Source: an uncultured delta proteobacterium | GTDB lineage: Bacteria; Myxococcota_A; UBA9160; SMWR01 | Direction of reading: 5' to 3' | Assembly (NCBI GenBank): GCA_963832165.1 | Contig: CAWHTE010000004.1 | Location: 32,001-96,000 of the forward strand | Length of the DNA stretch: 64,000 nt | Part shown: positions 1-8,277 of the stretch, in pieces | How the letters are laid out: the number at the start of each line of letters is the position of its first letter | Position numbering within the stretch: position 1 is the first letter of the stretch | Made by a program: the position numbers and the translations under genes | Notes under the pieces: generated by a model | Databases searched by the model: none | The model's input: the letters and a program-made list of their open reading frames with translations, nothing else | Told to the model about the DNA's origin: nothing

Positions 1-462
1 TCCGGTGTTGGTCGGGGTCGTCGGGGTGATCGTGGGCATCGGTTGGATCACGGGGTCCGTGATCACCGTGGTCGGCATCGAGACCGTGGTCGAGATCGGG
101 CGGTAGACCGAGAGCGTCGAGCTCGAGAGGCTCGTCAGGCGCGACGATTCCATGAGCTGGAACGTGGTGGTCGACTCGATCCCGCGCGTGGCGATCGGCG
201 CGCGTGCCTGCGGAAGGGCTCCGGGCTTCGCGGGTTGCAGCCCGGCCGCAGCCGCATCCCCGAGATTTGGCCACGACTCCGCATTGTCGGTGCCGCCGCG
301 CGTCGCGACGAACTGGCGCGCGAAGCCGATCGGCTCGGGCGTCACGGCGATCGCGCCCGGCTGTGCCTGCGAAGAGGGCGTCAGCGCGGAGCCGAGCAAC
401 AGCGCGAGCCCTGCGGCGCCGATGCGTCCGAATCGAAGAGTCCGACGGCGCAGCAAACTCAT
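1..462 (-). CDS. Secreted Thr/Pro-rich hypothetical protein, 5' part (runs off the left edge)
   Basis: Translated by hand (not in ORF track). ATG at 462 after GGAGG; MSLLRRRTLRFGRIGAAGLALLLGSALTPSSQA signal peptide; open to position 1; two ATRG motifs; TPTTPT-rich. Confidence 0.7.
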   Translation of the reverse strand, partial: MSLLRRRTLRFGRIGAAGLALLLGSALTPSSQAQPGAIAVTPEPIGFARQFVATRGGTDNAESWPNLGDAAAAGLQPAKPGALPQARAPIATRGIESTTTFQLMESSRLTSLSSSTLSVYRPISTTVSMPTTVITDPVIQPMPTITPTTPTNTG

Positions 463-505
463 CCCTCCGGACGTCTCGCGGCGGGGGCTTCGACGGGCGC
501 TCAGT

Positions 506-2848
506 CTAATGCCCTTTGCCAGGAGTTCGCCCTCCATTCGGCGGTGAGCTCGGATGCGTCGGCTCGGCGAGTCGCGCGAAGAACGAGTCGATCGCGGGCA
601 TCGCGCGAATCACTTCCGCGAACGCGGAGCTGATATTGATCGTGAGATGGACGGGGCGGCCGCCCTGGAAGGAGGGATTGGTTCCGCGCAGCTTGCACTG
701 CACGTCGGCGCGCTCGTCCAGCCAACCCGTCGCCGTCACATCGAGCACTTCGTAGCGGAAATCCCTCAACGCGTCGCGCAGCATGCCGCTCACGTCGGTC
801 GGTGCTGCCGGAGCGCCACTGCCTTCCGAGGGTCGATACCGGATCCGTCCGCCTTCGATGGCGCGGATCAGCCCGCCGCGCAGCACGGGCCGACCCGCCT
901 CGACGGCGAGGGTCAGCTGGCCGCCGAGCTTGCCGCTGACCTCGAGCCCCTCGACCGGCGCGAGTGCGAGCAGCGCGGGCGCCTGCAGGTCGACGAACTG
1001 GAACTCGAGGCGCTGCGCGGGGCCGCCGTCGAGATCGAGCCCGCCGCGCACTTCGACGTGGCCGCCCGCAAACTCGATCTCGGCGCGCTCGATCCGGAGC
1101 AGATGCCCCGCGTCGATCGCATAGCGGATCTGCCCGGAGCCGAGCGGAATGCCCGCATCGGCGCGCCGGAAGCGGAGCTCCTGGACGCCGCGCGTCGCGG
1201 GCGGAAAGACCTCGGTGAGCGCGACCGCGCCTGCGAGCCCTTCGATGCGGTTGCGCGAGGCGACGACCAGCGCGTCGTCGCTCTCGATCTGCGCGGTGGT
1301 CGCGAGCCCGGCCTCACCCCAGCGCAGCACGGCATCGATGCCGATCGCTCCGCCGTCGATCCGGAGTGCCTCGCCGATCCAGGGCTCGACGACGCGCATC
1401 GTGGCCTTCTGCGCGCCGAAGGAGAGCGGATCGAAGCGGAGCTGCGCGCGGCCGACTCCCGAGGACAACTTGTGCTCGCCGCGGACCTGCGCCGCGAGCG
1501 AACCGGTCTCGTCGCGTGCACGCGCGTCGAAGCGCACCTGCCGCGCGTCGAGCTCGAGCTTCCCCGTGCCCCGGAGCGGCGGGAAGCGCGGGCGCGCCGC
1601 GGCGTCGATGAGCTGACCGAGCTCGAAACGACCCGCGAGTACGGGATCGGCCGCGCGTCGCCACTCTCCCTGCACGACCGGGGCGCGCAGCGCGATGCCC
1701 GCATCGAGCACGTCGAAGCGGTCGCCCGTGAGACGCAGCGCGCCGCGCGATCCGTCCGCATCCGGGTCGGCCGAGACGTGCAGCACGACACCGCGCCCGC
1801 GCACGCGCCGGTCCCGCGCGCCGAAGCGCACCGAGAGATCGCTCGACTTCGCGACGAGCTTCCCGCCGCGCAGCCGTGCGGTCTCGCCATCGATGCTCAC
1901 GCGGATCGGCTCGGCCGCGTCGCTCTCGATGCAGATCGCGCCTGCGCGCTCGAGCGCGAAGCCCGGTACGAGGGCCCCGGCGGGCAGCGAGAGCGCCATG
2001 CACGGCAAGAGGCTCACGAGCAGAGCGTCTTGCTGCCAGCGCACCCGGATCGGCCCGTTCGCGCGCCGGAGCTGATCGGAGCCCGCCGCGTCGGCGAGCT
2101 GCGCGTCGAGCGCGAGCTCGAAATCGATGGCGTCCGGCGTCTGTGCGCCGGTCCCTTCGAGCTTCACCTGAACACGGTGCGGCCATCGCTGCGCGAGCTC
2201 GGGATCGAGCTGTGCCACGAAAGCTCTATCGGCCGCGAGCTCGGCGCGCGCCTGGATCGCTCCCGATGCGTCGATCTGCGCGCGCGCGCTGCCGGGCGTC
2301 GCATCGGAAAGCTGCCAGTCGAGTGCGATGTGGCCGGAGACCTGCGGCCGCAGGACGAGGTCCGCGTCGATGCGCGCCTGCACGGGCCCGGCTGGCGTGT
2401 CGATCGAGAGCGAACCCGCTTCGACGACGAGGCGCCGCAGCGGCGCGCCGCCGCCGCGCGAGTCGGAGCCGGTGAGCTCGGCGAGCCACGGGTCGAGCGC
2501 GCCGAGCGAAAAGCCGCGCTCGCCGCTGCGCGCGCGAACAGCGAGGCCGTGCAGGGAAGCCGAGTCGACGCGGCGCGCCAGGAGATCGTCCCAGCTCCAG
2601 TCGAGGTCGATGCGCTGTGCGGCGAGCTCCCCTGAATCGAGATGGATTTCGTGAAGTTGGAGCCGACCCCACGAAAGTGCGTCGATCCGGAACGCGAACG
2701 GCGGAAGACCCGCGCCGCGCAGCGCGCCGTCGATCACCCATGTCACGAGCGAGGGCGCGGCCCACCACCAGAGAGTCAGTGCCAGGACCAGGAGCGCCGC
2801 GAGAGAGCCGGAAAAGAAAGCCAGGAACCTCTTCACAGCCTGGCTCAT
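506..2848 (-). CDS. YdbH-like (AsmA-related) intermembrane lipid transport protein
   Basis: N-terminal TM anchor, long beta-rich body, C-terminal G.L.G.L...GG.IRY...ALRDFRYEVL...LRG.NP.FQGGRPVHL.INI typical of the YdbH C-terminal domain; start set at MSQAVKR. Confidence 0.75.
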   Translation of the reverse strand: MSQAVKRFLAFFSGSLAALLVLALTLWWWAAPSLVTWVIDGALRGAGLPPFAFRIDALSWGRLQLHEIHLDSGELAAQRIDLDWSWDDLLARRVDSASLHGLAVRARSGERGFSLGALDPWLAELTGSDSRGGGAPLRRLVVEAGSLSIDTPAGPVQARIDADLVLRPQVSGHIALDWQLSDATPGSARAQIDASGAIQARAELAADRAFVAQLDPELAQRWPHRVQVKLEGTGAQTPDAIDFELALDAQLADAAGSDQLRRANGPIRVRWQQDALLVSLLPCMALSLPAGALVPGFALERAGAICIESDAAEPIRVSIDGETARLRGGKLVAKSSDLSVRFGARDRRVRGRGVVLHVSADPDADGSRGALRLTGDRFDVLDAGIALRAPVVQGEWRRAADPVLAGRFELGQLIDAAARPRFPPLRGTGKLELDARQVRFDARARDETGSLAAQVRGEHKLSSGVGRAQLRFDPLSFGAQKATMRVVEPWIGEALRIDGGAIGIDAVLRWGEAGLATTAQIESDDALVVASRNRIEGLAGAVALTEVFPPATRGVQELRFRRADAGIPLGSGQIRYAIDAGHLLRIERAEIEFAGGHVEVRGGLDLDGGPAQRLEFQFVDLQAPALLALAPVEGLEVSGKLGGQLTLAVEAGRPVLRGGLIRAIEGGRIRYRPSEGSGAPAAPTDVSGMLRDALRDFRYEVLDVTATGWLDERADVQCKLRGTNPSFQGGRPVHLTINISSAFAEVIRAMPAIDSFFARLAEPTHPSSPPNGGRTPGKGH

Positions 2849-2895
2849 TCGTAGGATGCTACAGCCCCGAGCGACCCCAGCAACGAGCAGGTGAT

Positions 2896-5109
2896 ATGCA
2901 CAGGGTGTGTTCGAGGCGGCTCCTGCTGCCGTTCCTCTCGATCCTGCCGGCGTTGGTGCTCGACTCCGCACCGAGCCATGCCGCGTCGCGCGCGCTGCTG
3001 ATCGGCATCAACGACTACGTCGCGGTTCCCAAGCTGCGCGGCGCGCTCAACGACGTGGAGTTCCTGCGCGAGGTCCTCGTCTCGCGCTTCGCGTTCCAGC
3101 CGCAGGACATCGAGTCCGTGACCGAGCTGCAGGCGAGCCGCGAGGGCATCCTCGCCGCGTTCGATCGGCTCGCGGCCCGGACCCAGAAGGGAGACGTCGT
3201 CTACGTCCATTTCTCCGGACACGGGTCGCAGGTGGGCGATCGAAACGGGGACGAAGAGGACGGGCAGGACGAGACGATCGTTCCGCAGAACGGCCGCACC
3301 CAGGGCGTCACCGACATCACCGACGACGAGATCGCCGAGAAGCTCGCGAAGATTCCCGCGAAGTCGGTCATCGTGGTGCTCGATTCGTGTCACGCGGGTA
3401 CGGCGACGCGGAGTCTCGGCTCGATGAGCGGTGCCGACGCGCTGCTGGGCGGGCTCGTGCCTCGCAACGTGCCGCCCGACGACCGCACCGAGCTCTATCG
3501 CGCGCAGGACGAGAGCGCACCGCGCTCCCGGGCGGTGGTGCCGCTCGTGTCGAGCGGCCACGTGCTGTTCACGGGCGCGGCGGTCAACGAGGAGGCGCTC
3601 GACGGTCCGGTCGATCGCAAGCCGCACGGACTGTTCAGCTATTCGCTGGGCAAGAGCCTGTCGCGTGCGGCGCCGACCGCCACGCCGCGCGAAGTGTTCG
3701 CGGGCGTCGCGCAGGAGTTCGAGCGGATCCGCGGGCAGCTGAACCTGCGCAAGATGCCCGATCCGCAGCTCGAGGCCGTCTCCGCGGATCTCGATCGGCC
3801 GCTGCTCGCGGCGGCGGTGGAGAGCCCGGGCGCGGCACCCGTCTCTCCTGCGGCGGGCTCTCCGGGCGCGCCCGCGCGGCTGGCCTGGATCGAGGTCGCG
3901 CCGCTCGGTGATGGCGTGGTCCGGCTCGCGCGCGGAGCGTCGATGGGCGCGGGGCGCGGGTCGCTCTGGGCGGTGTACCCGCCCGGCGAGCTGCGCTTCC
4001 CGCCGGGCAAGGCACTCGCCGAGGCCGAGATCACCGAGATCAAGGGAGGCGATGCGATCGCCAAGCTCTCGCCCGCGAAAGCCGCGGTGCCGGCCGGCGC
4101 ACGCGCGGTCGCGCTGGCGCCGCCGCCCGCGTCGTCCGAGCTTCCGGTGGCGCTCGTCGACACCGACGCGGCGCGTGCGAAAGCGCTGCGCGCTGCACTG
4201 CCGAAGCGACTGTCGGGCATCCGCTTCGTGGGCGCGGGAGAGTTCGCGCGCTTCGTCGTGCGCTGCAACGCGAGCCGGTGTCGGGTGAACGGCGCGGACG
4301 GGCTGTTCGCGGTCGCCGATCTGGACGCGAGCGACGTCGACTCGCTCGCCGAACAGCTCACCAATCTGTTCTCGCGCTCGCTCACTGCCGCGGAGCTGCT
4401 CGCGCTCGACAATCCGGCTGCGGAGGTGTCGGTGAAGCTGGCGGTGGTCGCGAAGGCGTCGCCGGGGCTCGCGCACGGCGACGAGCGCGGCATGGTGCTG
4501 GTCTCGTCGGGCGAGAGCCCGAGCTTCCGCGTGCGGCGCGAAGGCGCGCCGCGCACGCGCGAGAACAGTCTTCAGCTCCGCGTCGAGGCGAGCGCGGACT
4601 GCCGCGTCACGGTCGTCGACGTCGATTCCGCGGGCACGGTCCAGGTGCTCTTCCCGAACGCGGCGTCGGAGAAGAAGGGCTATTACGCCGATGGAGCCGT
4701 GCGCGCGGGGGAGGCGCTCTTGATTCCCGATTCGCTCGAGCCGGGCAACCGCGCGGGCTTCTTCGTCGATTACTCGCCGCCGGCCGGGACCGACACGTTG
4801 CGCGCGTTCTGCACGCGCGATCCGCGCGCGGCGAGCGCGCTGCGCGCGGCCGTGCGCGCGCTGGACCCGAATGCGCAGGGCACGCGCAGCACGCGGTCGC
4901 GCGGGCTCGGCGCGCTGCGCCATCAGCTGGCCGGGCTCGCCTCGCGCGGTCTCAAGCTCGTCGAAGACGAGGGGCCGCTGCCCGCGCCCGCGGCGACGCC
5001 CTCACCGACACCGGCTCCGGCGCCCGCGGAATCCCCGACTGCGCCCGCGGCCGAGCCGTGGCGTGCCGACTGGGCGGCCGCATCCGTCACGATCCAGGTG
5101 CAGGAGTGA
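2896..5109 (+). CDS. Secreted caspase-family (peptidase C14) protein with C-terminal DUF4384-like domain
   Basis: Signal peptide; RALLIGINDY, LRGALND, FSGHG (His) and LDSCH (Cys) dyad; C-terminal LQLRVEASADCRVTVVDVDSAGTVQVLFPN resembles DUF4384. Confidence 0.85.
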   Translation: MHRVCSRRLLLPFLSILPALVLDSAPSHAASRALLIGINDYVAVPKLRGALNDVEFLREVLVSRFAFQPQDIESVTELQASREGILAAFDRLAARTQKGDVVYVHFSGHGSQVGDRNGDEEDGQDETIVPQNGRTQGVTDITDDEIAEKLAKIPAKSVIVVLDSCHAGTATRSLGSMSGADALLGGLVPRNVPPDDRTELYRAQDESAPRSRAVVPLVSSGHVLFTGAAVNEEALDGPVDRKPHGLFSYSLGKSLSRAAPTATPREVFAGVAQEFERIRGQLNLRKMPDPQLEAVSADLDRPLLAAAVESPGAAPVSPAAGSPGAPARLAWIEVAPLGDGVVRLARGASMGAGRGSLWAVYPPGELRFPPGKALAEAEITEIKGGDAIAKLSPAKAAVPAGARAVALAPPPASSELPVALVDTDAARAKALRAALPKRLSGIRFVGAGEFARFVVRCNASRCRVNGADGLFAVADLDASDVDSLAEQLTNLFSRSLTAAELLALDNPAAEVSVKLAVVAKASPGLAHGDERGMVLVSSGESPSFRVRREGAPRTRENSLQLRVEASADCRVTVVDVDSAGTVQVLFPNAASEKKGYYADGAVRAGEALLIPDSLEPGNRAGFFVDYSPPAGTDTLRAFCTRDPRAASALRAAVRALDPNAQGTRSTRSRGLGALRHQLAGLASRGLKLVEDEGPLPAPAATPSPTPAPAPAESPTAPAAEPWRADWAAASVTIQVQE

Positions 5110-5120
5110 GGTGGAGCGCC

Positions 5121-5612
5121 ATGGGGATCCGGAGCCGGCGTAGATCGGGACCGGCGCTCGCGGCCCTGGTCGCCGCAGGCGTGGCGCTGCTCCAGGTCGC
5201 GTGTGCGTCGAAGGGAACGGTTGCGAGTCAGCTCCGCTTCGTGGACTCCGAGATCTTCGAGAAGGATCTGCAGGCGTCGATGGAAGCCGAGCAGCCGTCG
5301 ATCACTGTGGCGTTCGCGGGCACCGACGCCACGATGAGCAACATGCCCGACCGGCTCGAGAAGTGGCTCTACGTGATCAACGAGCGCGACGAGACCGAAG
5401 TCAAGTTCGAGCCCGACCCGAGCTTCCTGATGCCGAAGAACCCGATCCCGTTCGGTCTCGCGTTCTCGATCGGAATGGCCGGGTGGAACATGTACAAGAA
5501 CTGGGCGCACTACGCGCCCTCACGCGAGTACAACGCGATCGTTCTCTACCACCCCTCCGATGCGTACCTGACGCGCGTGATCTTCGTGCGCAGGAAAGAA
5601 CCCGAGTCCTAG
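5121..5612 (+). CDS. Putative lipoprotein, hypothetical
   Basis: ATG after GGAG; hydrophobic stretch ending QVAC; typical codon usage; abuts next gene. Confidence 0.7.
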   Translation: MGIRSRRRSGPALAALVAAGVALLQVACASKGTVASQLRFVDSEIFEKDLQASMEAEQPSITVAFAGTDATMSNMPDRLEKWLYVINERDETEVKFEPDPSFLMPKNPIPFGLAFSIGMAGWNMYKNWAHYAPSREYNAIVLYHPSDAYLTRVIFVRRKEPES

Positions 5613-7067
5613 ATGGAGCGAGCGACGATGAGGCATGGCAGCGATCGATCGCGGCGCGGGCCGTGGAGAAAACGCGCGCGGATCGGTGTCGTCGTGCTCG
5701 TGGCGTCGGTTCAGCTCTCGTGTGAGACGATCGAGAAGACGCTTCCGTATCTGATCGTCGCGGGCGGCGCGATCGCAGCGGTCGTCGCGTTCAACTACCT
5801 CTCCGATTGCGGAAACGAGTACTCGGTGTGCACCGAGATGCCCGACGGCTCGATGGAACGCGACATGGGCTACACGGAGCAGGTGCTGCTCATGATCGGC
5901 ACGATCACGACGGTAGGCGGCGCTGCGGCCGACTACTGGTCGGAGCACCGCGAGAAGGAGCGCGAGCTCGCGAAACTCGAGGAAGCGGAGCAGAAGGTCG
6001 AGGCCGACTATCAACAGCTCCAGGCGGGCGGCGCGGGAGGCGCGCCGCCGCCCGCGTGGGGTACCGCGTACGGCTCGGCAGCGCCGCCGCCGCCGCCGGC
6101 GCGCTGGGGAGCTGCGCCCTCGGCGGGGGGATGGACGCAGGCGGCACCCCCGCCCACGTACGACGGGAGCGGCGGACAGCCGCCGCAGGCCTATCCACCG
6201 CCGCAGGGCTATCCACCGCAACAGCCCTATCCACAACAGCCACAGCAGGGCTATCCGCCTCAACAGCCCTATCCGCCGCAACAGCCGCAACCGCCCTATC
6301 CGTACCCGCCGCAGGGGTACCCGCAGCAGCCCTATCCGTATCCGCCGCAGGGCGGCTATCCCCAAGGTGGCTATCCGCCGCAGGGCTATCCGCCGGCGCA
6401 GGGCGCGTATCCGCCGCAACAGCCGAGTCCGTGGGGCGACTACGTCCAGCCCCGTTCGGGCGAGTCGCCCCTGGCGATCGAGACCGCGGTTCTGAAGAAG
6501 GTGGGTGCGCGCGCCGCGGTCGTGCCCGACAGCGACATCCTGTTCGACGGCATCGGCGAATCGATCAAGGACGAGTTCCGCGTGTTGTTCCGCCCCAACC
6601 AGCAGTCGCACGTATATGTGATCGGCGTCGATGCGGTGGGGCGCGTGCAGCCGCTGTACCCGCCGAGATTCCCCGACCAGACCAATCCCGTGCTTCCCGG
6701 TGAGACCATCCTGCTTCCGGGCAGCGACACCTGGTATCAGCTCGACCAGTACACGGGTCTCCAGCACATCTACTTCTACGTGAGCCCGACGCGCAACGAG
6801 TGGCTCGAGAAGCAGATGGCCGTGTTTGCGTGGAAGGGCGGGCCGCCGCCCAAGGGTGCGAACGGTGAGATCCACTACGTGAGCGTCCCGACGGTCCTGC
6901 AGTACAGCGGGGGAGGGGGAACCCAGGCGCGCGGAATCCTCAAGCCCGAGACGGGTGAGATCGCGCGGATCCCGGGCGATCTCGGCATGGAGATTCCGAC
7001 GATGCGCGTGACCGGGTCCGCTTCGGGAGAGCCCCTCGTGGTGACGCGAGTCTTCCAGCACGAATAG
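5613..7067 (+). CDS. Putative lipoprotein with Pro/Gln/Tyr-rich linker and DUF4384-like C-terminal domain
   Basis: QLSC lipobox-like; GYPPQQPY repeats; FRVLFRPNQQSHVYVIGVDAVGRVQPLYP...LPGSDTWYQLD...G.QHIYF is DUF4384-like. Confidence 0.75.
   Translation: MERATMRHGSDRSRRGPWRKRARIGVVVLVASVQLSCETIEKTLPYLIVAGGAIAAVVAFNYLSDCGNEYSVCTEMPDGSMERDMGYTEQVLLMIGTITTVGGAAADYWSEHREKERELAKLEEAEQKVEADYQQLQAGGAGGAPPPAWGTAYGSAAPPPPPARWGAAPSAGGWTQAAPPPTYDGSGGQPPQAYPPPQGYPPQQPYPQQPQQGYPPQQPYPPQQPQPPYPYPPQGYPQQPYPYPPQGGYPQGGYPPQGYPPAQGAYPPQQPSPWGDYVQPRSGESPLAIETAVLKKVGARAAVVPDSDILFDGIGESIKDEFRVLFRPNQQSHVYVIGVDAVGRVQPLYPPRFPDQTNPVLPGETILLPGSDTWYQLDQYTGLQHIYFYVSPTRNEWLEKQMAVFAWKGGPPPKGANGEIHYVSVPTVLQYSGGGGTQARGILKPETGEIARIPGDLGMEIPTMRVTGSASGEPLVVTRVFQHE
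6170..6430 (+). repeat. Imperfect coding tandem repeat (GYPPQ/QPYP)
   Basis: Repeated ctatccgccgca(g/a) units. Confidence 0.8.
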
Positions 7068-7082
7068 ACCGGGGAGGGCGCG

Positions 7083-8273
7083 ATGTCGCGTTGGTGGGTT
7101 CGGCTCGGCTGGTGTGTCTGGCTGTGCAGCGCGTCGATCCATCCGGCGTTCGGCGAGGAGTGCACGGCCGTCGCTGCGGGCGAGGGCGAGGAGATCCAGA
7201 AGTACGCGAACGAGTGCTTCAAGAAGCTCGGCATCGATCCGGCCGAGTTCGCGAAGACGTTCAACTGCGTGGATCCCGACGTCGCCAAGCACCTGAAGGT
7301 CGAGGTCGACGGGGCCGAGGTGAAGACATGCCTCGATACGCGCGAGGGCGAATGCCAGTGGGCGAAGGACAAGGCCGAGCTCGAGGCGACGTTCAAGACA
7401 TGCGACTACCCGGCCTGGCTCGACGACCGCTGCTACGGCGACAGCTACATCCAGGTGCTCACGACCAGCAAGCCCGAGGTGAAGGGCGCGCTGCTTTGCC
7501 GGCACAAGTCGAGGTTCACGGGGCTGTTCGACGACTTCGACGACGTCGCGATGATCGTTCACAACCGCGCGAGCGGAGAGACGTGCTGGTTCCAGTCGAA
7601 CAACGCGGACGGCGATCCGGACATCAAGATGCACGGCCAACAGGTCCCGGGTCCGGCCTGCGAGGGCTCCGAGAGCTTCTGGTACTCGCCCGAAGCCTCG
7701 AGGAATGTCTACTGCATCCACTGCCACGACAGCGGCCCGTGGATGAACAGCCGCTGGATGCGGCGCGCGACGGAATCGCTCGGCAGCGCGTATGAGGAGG
7801 AGACCTCGCCCTATCTCAACAGCACGCCGCCGTTCGATGCGTGGCCCGTGCCGATATTCGTGAAGTACAACAAGCATCTGAAGGAGAAGGACGGCACCGA
7901 GTTCGAGGGCTGCACGGACTGCCACAAGATCGCCGCAGCGCGAACTCTTCCCGGGGCGGCGGTGGACGGGTCGGACATCGAGTACAAGACCTGCGACACC
8001 TGGATCAACCGCACGACCGGCAAGCCGGATGACCCGCTGAAGGCTTTGCTCACCGAGGAAGCCAAGAAGGATCACGTCCAGTACTGGATGCCGGATGGCG
8101 TCGACTTGAGCAAGGCCGATTGGGAGAAGAAATACCGCAAGCACGTCGACGGGCTGATCGCGTGCTGCAAGGCCGTGGGCAAAGGGCCCAATCGGTTGCC
8201 GGACGGTTGCAAGGCCTACTGCCCCGATCAAGCGGACGGCAAGTGCCCGGCCGACCGCTGGCCGTCGTCCTGA
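7083..8273 (+). CDS. Secreted Cys-rich diheme c-type cytochrome (paralog A)
   Basis: Signal peptide; two CxxCH motifs (CIHCH, CTDCH); many additional Cys; paralogous to 10626..11750. Confidence 0.75.
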   Translation: MSRWWVRLGWCVWLCSASIHPAFGEECTAVAAGEGEEIQKYANECFKKLGIDPAEFAKTFNCVDPDVAKHLKVEVDGAEVKTCLDTREGECQWAKDKAELEATFKTCDYPAWLDDRCYGDSYIQVLTTSKPEVKGALLCRHKSRFTGLFDDFDDVAMIVHNRASGETCWFQSNNADGDPDIKMHGQQVPGPACEGSESFWYSPEASRNVYCIHCHDSGPWMNSRWMRRATESLGSAYEEETSPYLNSTPPFDAWPVPIFVKYNKHLKEKDGTEFEGCTDCHKIAAARTLPGAAVDGSDIEYKTCDTWINRTTGKPDDPLKALLTEEAKKDHVQYWMPDGVDLSKADWEKKYRKHVDGLIACCKAVGKGPNRLPDGCKAYCPDQADGKCPADRWPSS

Positions 8274-8277
8274 CTCG

